This document shows positions 1 through 14,030 of a stretch of DNA of 64,000 nt, in pieces; position 1 is the first letter of the stretch; each line of letters opens with the position of its first letter. The position numbers were made by a program, and so were the translations under genes. The notes below the pieces were generated by a model, which worked only from the letters and a program-made list of their open reading frames with translations, made no database searches and was not told the origin of the DNA. Location of the stretch: positions 61,318,001-61,382,000 of the forward strand of contig OX597830.1 in the NCBI GenBank assembly GCA_951406725.2. Direction: 5' to 3'. The stretch is from Octopus vulgaris (Eukaryota).

Positions 1-772
1 GCCAAACCAATGCACCAAACAACGGGACAAAGTAATGGTAAAAAATAGCGCAAACAGCTTGAAATCGAATAGCACTCGCTCATGTTGGTGCGTTAAATAT
101 ATAATTATGGATTTGTTATCACGTCCCACCTCGACCACTCAGGCCCATCGAGCCAGCTTTTATTCCCTGGTGTTTCAGAGAACATGGTTTCTTTTTAGCA
201 ACGCAGGCTTCGTGTTTCACGTCAAAGAGATGGACAAGTGCTACTTTCGCTTCGTTAATGATTTCTTTTTTAATCACTTCCTTTAATCTGATGATAAGTT
301 TTCCTATTTAATCTATTGATTTCTATCGTTAATTCTTTGCTATAATCTATCGATTTTAGTGACACGTTGTAGTGAGATCCACTTCCGTTTGTTGATGGTC
401 ATCTCCATTATACACCAACAAATTAGTTCACTAAGAAAATCACTGTAGGTTCTCTCTACCGAGAAACACTCGACACGCACCCAGTAATCAGGCTCGTATC
501 GCTTCACCCAATATAAGCTTATGTGACCGACAACCCAACATTCGGGACATCTTACGCTATCCTAATCTGCAGATAGATTCTTTATCTGGAATGTTCGATG
601 CGATTGGTCAAATCGATATTGATACAAGCTTTTCTGAAACAATACTGACGATCCATACCGACAGAAGGATGATTACACCTTGTAACTGATGGTGAAAAAA
701 TACAATCTAGTGTCCTGAGAGGTAGTAAACAAATGAACTCGCTTCAAAATTGACTCAAAACCAGGAACATAT

Positions 773-1210
773 AAGTTAAGTTAAGTTAAATTTTTGGCTC
801 AAAAAGCAAAAAGCAAGGCCATGTAGGGGGACATGGAGTTATGTACAGGGAGGGTATTCATGCAAAGAGTTCAGGCCAATTCTGATCGAGGGAGACTTTG
901 AACCGAGCGGTCGTCGGCATCTTCACTATCTCGTCCGGCAGCTTATTCCACGGATCTGCAACCCGGGTGGAGAAAGCCCCTCTCCTTCGATTAAGATGAA
1001 ATCGTCGCAGATAGAGCTTTTCGGAGTGACTCCGCAGCCGACGCTCTGGAGCAGGAGTGAAGAACAGCTCTTTTGAGAGGTTACACTTTCCGCTTATGAT
1101 GTTGTGAGCAAGAATGAGATCACCACGGCGTCGTCGTTTTTCTAGAGAATAAAAGTCGAGCGTCTTCAGCCTTTCCTCATAAGACAAATGCTTGAGGCCA
1201 AGAACCATGC
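773..1210 (-). mobile_element. CR1-clade LINE, 5'-truncated 3' fragment (RT C-terminus, 3' UTR and (TTAAC)n tail)
   Basis: ORF 858..1256 reads SYEERLKTLDFYSLEKRRRRGDLI...HSEKL...FSTRVADPWNKLP, the typical CR1 ORF2 C-terminus. Short tandem tail aagttaagttaagttaa at 773-789. Confidence 0.9.
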
Positions 1211-1269
1211 AGGTAGCCAGCAGACATCCTGGGAGAGGGAAAATGAGAGAAGTCACTTAATTAGAGGGC

Positions 1270-1365
1270 CGATAGAATAAGCACCAGTTGAGCACTGGGG
1301 TGGATGTAATCGACTTAACCCCCTCCCCCGAAGTTGCTGGCGTTGAACCAAAATTTGAAAGTAAT
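1270..1365 (+). mobile_element. SINE family B, 3' fragment with short tail
   Basis: caccagttgagcactggggtggatgtaatcgactt...aaatttgaaa matches the 3' half of other family B copies (5222, 46408, 61380). Confidence 0.7.
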
Positions 1366-2025
1366 ATGTGTGTGTATGTGTGCGAACTTGTGCTGGTTTT
1401 GTATGTGTGTGTGTATGTGTGTAAGTGTGTGTGTGTTTGACCAATCAGTGTTGGTAAAGATACAAACATCGATGAAGATTGGTGCGGCATGAACAACATT
1501 TGATTTGAACCTAATTAATAAGCACCTTCCCTTCCTTCGAGTCAGCGCCGCCTAGTGAGAAGTGGAAAGAATGGAATGACTTCGTTGGCAAATAAACAGA
1601 TGTAATGGTGATAAATATAGAAACACACACACTGATGAATATACACATCCATGTATATATATATATTTATTTATTTATTTTTATTTTATCTAGTTTCAGC
1701 TCACGAGCCGTGGCCATGCTGGGGCACCGCCATTCATATATATAAACGCGCATTGAGCCGAAACAGGGGCAGCTGAAGAAGGGGAATGTTCCTTGTTTTG
1801 TTTGTCTTGTACTCTGTTTTTTCGTTGTTAAAAAAAGTCCGTTTCCTTGTTTGGTTTTATGTTTTCGTTTCTCGTTGTGTTCTACGTTTATTTGTGGTGT
1901 CCTGTACCCATATATGCATGTATGTATATATATATATAGATGTAGGTATGTACATATATGTATGTATGTATGCATATGTTTTATTTATTATATTGTTATT
2001 ATATATATATATATACAGAAGCACA

Positions 2026-2392
<367 letters not shown>

Positions 2393-2677
2393 AGACACAT
2401 ATGCTTACACCCATTTATACGCGACAGGTAATAAATACAGTAAATGTGTTTGACTTAGAGAGACAGGAATCTCGTTTCTCAGACTATGTTTCATTGAAGC
2501 TGTTGGTTTAGAGGAAGTGAACAACCGGCTTTAGAGTGAAGACAAGTGTTTACATGAACGTACATTAATATTTGCTGACGTCTCCGCCTTGAGGCTGGAC
2601 TATCCTCATCATAATGACTGGGCGAAAATGTGAACGCTCGTGCTGCCAGGTCACTGAGAAAAATAAAAAAATAGCGT

Positions 2678-2710
<33 letters not shown>

Positions 2711-3024
2711 TAGAAAGTAATGTAGAGAAAAACAAAACGAACAATGCCGGAAATGTAAACGGTGTCACAGGAGCCAGTGTTAATTTATCGCACGGTGACG
2801 AATCACGATCTCTTCTGATTGTTGTTGCTATTGTCATCGCTGTTGTTTTGTAGTTGAGTGGACATCTAATATCACACAAAGCTATTCGGAGAAAGCATTT
2901 TGGGACGAGCCGTAGATCCGGTTCTCCAGACACTGCACAATTTAATAATTAAGCAGACCATGATGCATCTTTTATTATGCAGTTATTTTCTTGGGGAAAA
3001 ATTTTTTGTGACAATCTTAGTATA

Positions 3025-3407
3025 GACGCAGGAGTGGCTGTGTGGCAAGTACCTTGTTTACCAACCACATGGTTCCGGGTTCAATCCCACTGCTTGGCAC
3101 TTTGGGCAAGTGTTTTCTACTATAGCCTTGGGCCGACCAAAGCCTTGTGAGTGAATTTGGTAGACGGAAACTGAAAGAAGCCCGTCGTATATATGTATAT
3201 ATATATATGTGTGTGTGTGTGTTTGTGTGTCTGTGTTTGTCCCCCTAGCATTGCTTGACAACCGATGCTGGTGTGTTTACGCCCCTGTCACTTAGCGGTT
3301 CGGCAAAAGAGACCGATAGAATAAGTACTGGGCTTACAAAGAATAAGTCCCGGGGTCGAGTTGCTCGATTAAAAATGACTGAAACAAGTAAAGAGATAAA
3401 AAGAAAA
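3025..3407 (+). mobile_element. SINE family A (tRNA-like head, internal (TA)/(TG) tract, (TAAAAGAG)-type tail), near full length
   Basis: A-box-like tggctgtgtgg and B-box-like ggttcaatccc. Same sequence at 15875, 20064, 21221, 26442, 52749, 56683 and 59565. Confidence 0.9.
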
Positions 3408-3758
3408 GATAGTTTATGAGGTGTTGTACTGCGGTTAGGATATGTCGCTCCAGATTGCCGTCTAGCGTCTGTCAAGTGAAGCAACTAAGGACATTGTTTT
3501 TTTAGGCACAGAGAAAAATGGATGCTCTATTGTGTCTGCTTAATTGGATGAAGTACTGTATATGCAGATATATGTATATGTGTGCGTGCGTTTGAGTGTA
3601 TGCATGCAATATGTATAAAGCTACCTCTGTGTATACGGTTTAATAACTGCAAACATAACTACACACATTAATATGAAGATTAGCGCATGTATATTTCTTT
3701 ATCATAATTGCTGTTATACCCACAATCGTTTGCGTGCATATGTCTGTCTATCTATCTG

Positions 3759-3796
<38 letters not shown>

Positions 3797-3915
3797 CGCG
3801 TGTGTGTGTGTGTATACGTCTCTTTCTCACTACACACATACATATATATATATATGTATAGCTTTCTCTCACACTATATATAAAATCTACCTACCTATCT
3901 ATCTATCTGTCTGTA

Positions 3916-3972
<57 letters not shown>

Positions 3973-5221
3973 GTATAACTCATGTACCACATACATAGAG
4001 ACACCCAGACACTAATATAATTACATATGTATGTTTGTGTGTGTGGATATGTGTATCGAGAGTGTGTGTGTGTGTGAAAAGATCATGCTGTCGTTGATTA
4101 TACATATCAATATGTGTAAGAGTTGTTGACAAAATTTAAAAACATAGACAAAGGGACAAAAATTCTATAGATTAACAGATAGTGATGTGTATGAGACTGA
4201 AGTGAATATATATTTATGTATGTGTTTGAACACATATATGTGTCTATATTGTGTTCGCTTGGGTGTGCGCGCGTTCACTCACACACACACACACGCGCAC
4301 ACACATGCATTTATATATAAAGGGGTAAAGAAAAACAAATTAGTAATGATAGTTTGTACAAGAGGAGTTCCTGCTGTAAGACATAGGGGCCACCCAGTTT
4401 GCAGAGTTGTACAGACAAAAGGGGTATATAACATCGCTTTTTGTATAAGTTTTAGTTAAGATGAGAGAAATAAAAAGCAAAATGGCGGTTACGCCTGGAG
4501 GGGCAGATAATTTGACGAAAGAGCTGACATATTCCTGGGTCGCTGCGTTGATAGAGGGAACTGGTTTAGTAAAGTTAGGGATACATATTAAAGTACATTA
4601 ACAACATTCAGGGGCAAGTTTTAATCTTGGACTGACGTGATATTACTCAGCCATTATTTTGTAATGTATGGCAGACACTGTTCGCTGCTTATATTAAACT
4701 CACCTTATATTCTTATTCGGGCTATTGTTCTTGTTGCTCATCTTAATGTCTGTTCAGTGTTCAATACTTCTGAGGAGTGGCTGGGGTTGATAAAATACGT
4801 ACCAGTGAAGAGCTAGTTTTCAATGAAATCAACTACATTTGTATCAAACCCAGGTCTTGTGACTACGTAAATAATATTTATTTACTAGGACCCTGACGTT
4901 AAACCTTACTGTGGTCGGCCAACCAAGTATTTCATTCCTCCATTATCAATAGAATAAAAACCGTTATTATACAGTAACTGGATTTGATGGACTTTCTGGC
5001 CTGATTTCTTACATTGACATAATGCCATAAATTTACAGGGAAGAATCAGCCGATTATACCAGTTCTATTGACTGATACTTACTCTTAAAGGACAAAACAC
5101 AAACTTAGTCTTAGAGGGATTTGAAATCAGAGCTTAAATACCACAATTAATTCAACATTAGAAAGAATAATTTTCTGACACTGATTCTGCCAGTAATTAA
5201 TATAAATATTACTGCTATTGC

Positions 5222-5445
5222 TAAGGTGGCAAGCTGACAGAATTGTTAGCAACTGGCAAAATACTTAGCGGTACTTCGTCCATATTTATGTTTTGAGTTC
5301 AAATTTCACTGAGGTCGACTTTACCTTTTACCTCTTTTGGGGTCGATGATAATAAATACCAGTAGAATACTGGGGTCAATGTAACCGAAATACCCCTCTT
5401 TCCGATATTGTTGGCCTTGTGCCAAACAACTGAAACCAATATTAC
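5222..5445 (+). mobile_element. SINE family B, diverged full-length copy with short tail
   Basis: ggtggcaagctgacagaattgttagc head, gagttcaaatt B box, gaggtcgactttacc...ggggtcgat core. Confidence 0.8.
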
Positions 5446-6082
5446 TACAGTTACTGTTGTCATCATTCACGTCCTTTGAAGCTGGGTGGTAACGACCTTT
5501 TGGAACATTGTGAGCACAGATAATGGCAGTAAACGTAAAACGGGTCCTTTGAGGAAGAGGGTACTAGGTATCTAGAGGGAGCGGAATTCTTCTTAGATTT
5601 AAAGCAATTAAACTTGATAAAATGATTATATTTTGAACACGTTTTCAAAAATTTCTTCAAGATCAAAATATTATTTGACCCATGTATCGCGACTGGTGCA
5701 ATACAATTTCCCTTTATATGTCTTAGAAAGTATTTGTTAACGTGAATAAATAAACCACTACCTTACTTAAGTTATCCTCTGTTTGATTAGAATAATCTAC
5801 TTTAATATTTTTGCTGAAAATGGGAGGGAGTGTTTGTAGAGTCTCATTCAGTGAAAGAGTGCTCTACGAATGTTGAAGAACTAATATTTTCAATGATATT
5901 TCTGTTTCCGACTTCTTCATAAATTTTACTGGAAATACGTAACTTTCGTTTCTTCATATTCTATGAACAGATGAAACATAGGTCATGCGTCTTCAACCTA
6001 TACTTAAAACTATTGTCATCTTTAGACGTAAACCTGAGTGTCTCTCTTTCACTCTTTATATATATCTATATATATATATATA

Positions 6083-6300
6083 TATTTCTTTACTACCCAC
6101 AAGGGGCTAAACACAGAGGGGACAAACAAGGACAGACAAAGGGATTAAGTCGACCACATCGACCCCAGTGCGTAACTGGTACTTAATTTATCGACCCCGA
6201 AAAGATGAAAGGCAAAGTCGACCTCGGCGGAATTTGAACTCGGAACGTAGCGACAGACGAAATACCGCTAAGCATTTCGCCCCGGCGTGCTAACGTTTCT
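6083..6300 (-). mobile_element. SINE family B with long tail (...gccccttgtgggtagtaaagaaata)
   Basis: Near-identical to copies at 9337, 15237, 16662 and 35561. Confidence 0.9.
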
Positions 6301-7600
6301 ACCATATATGCATTTGTGTGTGCATGTATATATGTATATATTTGTGTATGTATGTATTTGTATATGTATATATCTGCGTCTGAGGGTGAGCGTTGAATGA
6401 AAAACTAAAGACTTTTTCAACTATTGTCATCTTCGTCATCATTTCTGTGGAATCATTTCTTCTGGCTACGTTTATTTCCTTCAACTTTTGTTTCTTTTAT
6501 ATTTTAGCATTTGCTTTTATTGTTGTAAGTGAGCGTATCTACCGTTGCACGTTGGCTACCGTGGGGCGGAGAGCGCGAAAGGGGGTGGGGAGGAGAATGA
6601 GGAAGAGGGAGAAGTGGGGGGTCATTCCTCTTTAAAGTCAGAGACGATATCTGATCATATCTGTCTCGCTCGAATCGTCTTTCAGTTCATCATCCCGTAT
6701 ACCCAGCCCTAGCCTTATGTCTTCTGCAGCCCTTTCCTTACTTATATCACATTCTTTTCCCGAAGGTTCTTTTTCATTGAACACACACACACGCACACGC
6801 ACGCGCGTGTTACATACACACACACACACATACCAGTACAAATTGTATTAAATGTTATACATTTCTATACAACAATTCCAGATCATCACATTGATGTTTA
6901 TATAATGTAGAATATATTTAATTCAGCAAATTGACAGAAAACATCAGGTAAATTCATTTCGGTACCTTTACGTTGTGACGTCATATTCATCCAAAGTGAA
7001 TCTGTCCGCCAAACGGTGCCGATAAAATGAAGTACCAAATCAATTCAACTATAATACCATTTCTCAGAAATTTGTGACCGGGTCACCATATCAGAAAGAA
7101 ATATTCATATTCAATCTTCATCAGTCAACTATTTTGATTCCTCTTGTTATTTATTATCCCCAGGGCAATGCTACTCCAGTTCAAACGTATTTCGCTTATA
7201 CCAAACCCGTTCTTTTGAGTATCTATCAGATGAAGTGATCATGTTGGTATTCCCTCTTTGACTACATGTTGATGCCGTATTGGTTGTTCTACCATTTGTG
7301 TTCACATAGAAAACTCAAGAAAAGATATTTAATGCCTCTAGTGTCACTACGTCAGCTCGAACAAACTCAGAGCTTTATATGAATATTCAAACAAAGTTAT
7401 ATCATAAAATTTATAGTGCAATTTGTGAACAATTGAATTATTGGGTCATCACCACTTCAATGGATTTCTGACGTACAGAAAAACAAAGAAATGTCTAATT
7501 CGGGGTTGAACAAATGGCCCAAGGATTTCGTTCGTAAAACACCGGTTTCTTTGTTTTGGCGTCGATGATTCTATCCTTTCTCGATGAGCCACAGCGAGCG

Positions 7601-7654
<54 letters not shown>

Positions 7655-7713
7655 AATAAAAACATATGCATACATACAAACATATATATATAAACACACA
7701 TACACATATATCT

Positions 7714-7900
7714 ACGTTCCTTTTTGTTTGTGCGCATGTGTGTGGATCAGTGTGTGTGTGTGTTTGCCTATATATGCATGCATGTATGCATGTGTGGTAT
7801 CTATCTATGTGTGTACATTTGTATATATGTATTCTGAATATTCATATGTTTGCATATCCATGTTTGTGTGTTAATTTATGTATGTGCGCGCGTGTGTGTG
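7714..7900 (+). mobile_element. Family D microsatellite-rich dispersed repeat, internal fragment
   Basis: Aligns by eye with 9925-10088 (minus strand) and 57511-57780. Confidence 0.65.
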
Positions 7901-7914
7901 GTACCTTTTTTTTC

Positions 7915-9327
7915 ACTGCCGAAGTGATGGTGGGTGGTCTTCCAATCTGAGACCTAGTGGGGAAGAATCTACTGAGGTCATGGTCATCTGTAGTGGCTAG
8001 ACCGCACCCATCCAAAACCCTGAGAACAGCAATCAGGTGAAAGAAATTATTGCACATGCAATAGGGGCCAGTGTAAAAACTACCTTGAAGAACCACATTG
8101 TAAATTAAAAAAACAACTATATATGCAGGTTCAAGGTGCAGCCATCGGTGTCGGTGTAGCTGGAGATGTGGCCGGCCTCTTCATGACCTGGTGGGACAGA
8201 AAACTTAAGCAAATTTTGGCAGAACAGTACACAACTTTTTGTACTCTACAGTAGTTATGTAGATGACATTAATATCATAGTTAGGACCAACTCCAGTAAC
8301 GGTAGAGTAGAAACTGAGAGGAACGTAATGGAGAGCATCTAGCAAGTAGGTAACTCCATCCACCAAAGTATCAAGGTAACTATAGATTACCCCCACTAAA
8401 CTCCCCAACAATAGACTCCCTATCTTTGATACTGAAATTTGGTTAGAGACTGTGAACAATAGAGTGCAGTTCCTCCACCCCTATTACAAGAAACCCATAA
8501 CTTCAAAAGATGTTGTTCACAAGAACTCAGCTTTGTCACACAACATGAAAATTAACATACTGATAGCAGACTTAATTAGGATAATGAACAACGTATCCTC
8601 ACTATGCGAACCCTATGAAATGAAAAAACATATACAGAACTTCATGCACTGCACGCAGCTCTCTGGACATGATCAGAAAGATCGGGTTCGAGTATACAGG
8701 GGGGCTAGTAATAGTGATACCTACCCTAGATATAGAAACAAAGACTGGATAGGATACAGAGAACTTGAGACAAAGCAAACAGGGCGAACATGTGGTATAA
8801 AACCGACAAATATCAAGGAGTGATGTTTGTAGAGCCCATGTAGAACTAGCCCGTAGATTTACAAAAGCTCTGAAGGAGACCAAACTCAACATTAAGATTG
8901 TTGAAAAGCCAGGGAACTCCGTCAGATCATAACTATGTAGGACGTACCCCTTTGAGAATATCATATGCACTAATGATAACTGCATGACATGTAGGATTAG
9001 CCCTGACATTAACTGTAGAACTCGAAATGTAGTTTACAGCATAAGATGCATAGAAGGTGCTTGTAAAGACATAAACATGACATATATAGAGGAGACATCT
9101 AGGAGCATTGCGGAACGACTAAATGAACATTTGAGACAATAGGAGGACAAAAAAACAGTCCTCCATACTCTACCAACATGCAAAGGACCAACATGGAGGT
9201 AACCTGGGTCAACTTGACATCCGCATCTTATCCAAGCACCCAAAGGACCCAACACTCAGACAAATAAGGGAGTACTTCCTCATAAATGAAACTTCCCCTA
9301 TACTAAATAGGAAATATACATACTAGA
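7915..9327 (+). pseudogene. Penelope-like retroelement: decayed RT plus C-terminal GIY-YIG endonuclease
   Basis: Translated pieces: LYMQVQGAAIGVGVAGDVAGLFMTWWD (RT motif B'), YVDDIN (motif C), YYKKP...HKNSALSHNMK (thumb), CTNDNCMTC...CRTRNVVYSIRC...YIEETSRSIAERLNEH (GIY-YIG). Several stops and frameshifts. Confidence 0.85.
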
Positions 9328-9336
9328 TATCATACC

Positions 9337-9480
9337 TATTTCTTTATTACCCACAAGGGGCTAAACACAGAGGGGACAAACAAGGACAGACATAGGTATT
9401 AAGTCGATTACATAGACCCCAGTGCGTAACTGGTACTTAATTTATCGACCCCGAAAGGATGAGAGGCAAAGTCGACCTCG
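9337..9480 (-). mobile_element. SINE family B, long tail, 5'-truncated
   Basis: Matches the copy at 6083. Confidence 0.9.
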
Positions 9481-9887
9481 GGTACCGCCATACCCACAGT
9501 TTACACAGGTAGAGTAGAACAGTTAGTGGGCTGTTAGGTAGATAGATGTATGTAGATAGATGTATGCATGTGTGTGTAGGAGGGTGTATGAATATATATA
9601 TGTATATGCACATCTATGTAAGCATATGGATATAAAAGGAAACAGATCACCACACAGACGGATAGTTACATAGGTTATATGAACAAACAATTACACATAC
9701 GCAAATGGAGACTGAAACACATGACCATGTATACACACACACTTTACTCCACACATATGGAGACACACGTCTACACATATCGAGATGCACATACATACAT
9801 ACAAATACAGTACATAGTTGTAATTCACACACACACATACATACCCAGACATGCACACACAAGGAGACAGAAGTACACACGAATATA

Positions 9888-9935
<48 letters not shown>

Positions 9936-10230
9936 TACATAAAAAACATACAAATATGGACATGCAAACAGATGAATATGCAGAATACATACATGCTTAC
10001 ACAAACATGCATACATACATGCATGCATGTATAGACACACACACACACACTGATCCAAAGACATGAGCACAAACAAACAAAAAGAACGCAGTGTGAGTAA
10101 CAGACAGAGTCAACGACTACTGAAAATGTTGCAAGACGCAACGAAAGTTTTAGAGAAATAAATAAGTGGAGATTTTATCGATCAGTGTGTTAAATTATAA
10201 GGCACTAAAAGAGAATAACTCTCCCCAAAA
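9480..10230 (-). mobile_element. Family D dispersed repeat (possibly a non-autonomous Helitron-type element)
   Basis: Homologous to 57359-57780 (ggggagagt.att..cttttagtgcc...ttcgttgcgtcttgcaac). Ends in hairpin GGGTA-tggcgg-TACCC (9480-9495). The class is an inference. Confidence 0.6.
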
Positions 10231-10307
10231 GAAAGAAAGAGACCTCAATATTATGTAAATAGAGGAAATTTATCTATACAATAATATGTTACATTACTCG
10301 ATAGTCA

Positions 10308-10370
10308 AGATAAAACTCTGAGTTTCAGATGCCGAAGTGGAAATCCACAACACCATCTCTTCGGTTATCT
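10308..10370 (-). ncRNA. Type-I hammerhead-like motif (C4 core variant, long stem II)
   Basis: Minus strand: AGATAA-CCGAAGA-GATG[..gtgg attt ccac..]CATC-t-GAAA-CTC a GAG-TT-TTATCT. Confidence 0.6.
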
Positions 10371-10617
10371 GGCTATTTGAAAACGCTATGAAAAAATACC
10401 GTTATACAAAGGGAAATTACTGTGTTATAACTCTGCTTGCCTGCGTACTTATACATCGTTCGCATTTTTTGTCATAAAGATTATATAAAAATACATTAAA
10501 AATATATAAAAAATATATAAAAATATATAAAATCTTCTTGGGACATAACATAGAAAGCATGTTCTATCTGTTTTCTTTAGGGGACCAAAAACGTAACAGA
10601 AATTTAGTCACATGTGG

Positions 10618-10659
<42 letters not shown>

Positions 10660-11657
10660 GTATGAATATGCATGTATGTATATATATGTATATATATATA
10701 CATATGCATGTATCTGAATATGTATGTATATATATATGTGTGTGTGTGTGTGTGTATGTGTGTATACATATTTATATGTGTATGTATGCGCACTTTGGGA
10801 GTTACACGGATATTTTAATATCACATATAGTGGGCGCTGCACAATATACAACCGTACCACTTATTTAAATATGGCGATGCTTTCCTAATTTCAAGGCAAT
10901 TTCCAACTGGGTATTACTAACCTTTAATTGCCATACGTTTTCCGTTAGGGACATGACGCAAGCTTTATTGTGATATGGAAAGGCGGAAAGATGATAACGC
11001 AATCTGGATTTGAACGCGAGACAAGTGGCGCCTGTATAGGGAAGGTGAGATAATAATTATCTCACTTGTAAACTATATTCCTAGCTAAACAGGTATCTTT
11101 CTAACGACACTTGCATATTCTAGGGGTCACCAGGCAATTATGATCCATATTATATAAACTTGGAGTAATTGAATGACTCAAAGATCCAATAACATTATTA
11201 TGATGGCTTAACATTATTATTATTGCTAACAGTGCAGGGTGGTTGCGGTCTATTTGGATATGTGTTCACGCATCATATTTTATTACATCGGGCATAGAAT
11301 ATCAGCATCTTTTCAGGCATTGAAAAATAGCCAACAGGCTTATCAAAAATGAATTATTAGGACTATTAATACTAAAAGGTATTCGATATATCGTAACAGC
11401 AAGATTTGACTGGCATGCGGTGACCAGAGGCCTCCCACTGATGATTCGAGAAGAATGAAATCCCGTGATATGGGAATTCTGCTATGATCAATGTCTGTGA
11501 TTTTATGCACCAAGCGGCTTCTAATAGAGATTCTTGCAAAGGCTAATAACACAGCATTCGGTGTTCTAAAAGGACATCCATGTTAAGCTGGGTAGAACGA
11601 TTACCTTTTGGTATTAATTCTACTTCCCTCGTGAATAATATCTATCTATCTATCTAA

Positions 11658-11741
<84 letters not shown>

Positions 11742-13346
11742 TTCGGGTTACGTTAAGAAGCAGTCCACAATACCAGAATTTCGAAGTTGAGTCAAATACG
11801 AAAACAAACAACACCAAATCGTTGTTAGGGTATCTACGTAAGTAGAGTATGGGCCGGCTAGTTTGTACTGGCATCAAGTTGCAACAATGGAAGTTGGAAT
11901 AATGAAGTTCAAACAAAACAGCAATATTTCGAAATCATTTCACACGTACGTTTCAAGTCTACATGATAAATAACAGGAAATACATTCATTACGTAAGAGC
12001 TTATTCAGTTAAACCATTTGGAAAAAAAAAAAAACATTTATAGGGGCTAATGCGAAGTGAGAGAGAAAATCGGATTACTGGTTTACTAGAATTGAACCTA
12101 TCAGCATTTTTTCAATATCATGCACTCAATAGACTGGAATTAACAACATTTCTAAAGACACATTTTAGTTCTGATTTCTGAGAAGAAAATGCATCAAGCA
12201 TCCACTTCATGCTTCTTGAATCTGAAACTAACTACGATATTTAATTCATACACACGTTTGATTAATTGCAGTTATGTGTGTATATAAAAATAAATTAAAA
12301 TGATTGTCATAATCTTTGTCACAGTAAATTTTGCTCGTATTTACAATAATAAATGAAGTTTATTGTTTGTTAAAAAGAAATTCATGTATAGAAGATTTAT
12401 AGGTTATTAAACGAGATGTACTCATTTCAAGAAAATATTTGTATATATGTACAATAGTGGGTTATTTTCAAGTTTATACGTTTTAAATCTTAGAGAATTA
12501 TGCAGTCCTATATTGGCTAAATGAATGTCTTATGATAAATTGTTATAGTTAGACAGTTTTCTCAATTTTATGCTATACTTTAATCTTTAATTCATATTTC
12601 ATTTTCTGTTCATGTAATGAAATTTTACTTCGCAGTCAGATGTTTTTTTTATTCAATTTCATAGTTAAAATTTACTTCATACTAAATAAGGATGTGTTAT
12701 CAGTTGCTATAGAAAAATACAGTAACATTCATGCATTGAAATCTATTTGTCTGGAACATGAATCTCAATTGAGTGATATGTTAATTGAACTTTCTATCCA
12801 CCCAAAGCAGCCCTCAGAAACTATTCCAGAACAGGTATGGAGCAGAGAAATTATAACACCAAAAAAGAAAGTAATTTCCAGAAGGGAAAAAATAAAAGAT
12901 AAAAAAACATAAAATGAAATATAAAGAAATGTTTCCGTTCACAAATCTTCTTGAAATCTCTTTGATGTTCCCTACCTTTCTAGTCCGTCTCACTGGGATA
13001 AATCTTAATTAACTGATCATTGCCCCAAACGTTTCACATTGCTAAATCTTAATTAAATACAAACACATTGACAACGTCAACTCTGTCAGTTTTAATAATT
13101 ACTACAGGTGTCAGTTAATAAAACTGTAGGAGAAAGAGTTAAAAGCTGTGGAGATGGTAACGAGGGGAGGAGTGGGAGGGAAAAAGAAAAGAACAAAAGG
13201 ACAGATAAACTACGAAAAAAGATGAGGAAGTGTAATAGGGAGAGGGAGAGAGAGAGGGGGAGGGAGGGGAGAAAGCGAAGGACATAAAAGAAGAGAAAGG
13301 AGGAAAAAGTGAAGTAACAAAAAATAGATGGAACGAGAACAAGTGA

Positions 13347-13415
<69 letters not shown>

Positions 13416-14030
13416 CTCCCTCTCTCCCCCCTCTCTCTCTCTCTATCTATCCATCTATTTATTTATTCATCTATCGATTGATGTATCTATATAAACACAC
13501 ATACACAGATATGGAAACAAAAAGGCACCCACAGACATACACACGTAATAATCTTCATGTGTATAAATACTTCGACTGAGAATATTTCTTCGTACAAAGC
13601 AATTTAGCGAAAGGATTCAATAATATAAATAATAATAATAACAGCAATGATTCTCATAGTCATGTATAGATGCAGTTAAAACGAAAGAACGATTAAAAAT
13701 AAACTCAAGACACAAATTTAAAATATCTTCAATATTATTCAGTGTCACACGATGTGTTTTGCCATCAGGGCACAGCAGTGTATGATATGTTGACGGGTTT
13801 GTTAGGGGTCCTAAGCCTATCAAAAGTTCTGGAGTTAGCTTTATAACGAGAGAAGATACAATGGAAATATCACGAACAATTTGACAAGGATATGCCGAGT
13901 AAATTCCTTTGTTAGGGTGCTCAAATTTGCAGATGTCCAGATTAAGAAATTAAATTCAAGACTATTATAGAAGAATGAAATATAGAATCATGCAACCTGA
14001 TATAATATAATTTAATATAATATAATATAA

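Noticed and set aside
449-688. About 80 stop-free codons after a possible acceptor (ctgtag)
   Set aside because: No homology recognised. This length is plausible by chance.
1755-1795. ccgaaac and ctgaaga close together, hammerhead-like
   Set aside because: The order and stems do not assemble into a hammerhead. The same holds for 19350-19410.
13617-13950. About 110 stop-free codons on the minus strand (LDICKFEHPNKGIY...)
   Set aside because: No recognisable domain or convincing splice sites, and it runs into a TAT repeat.
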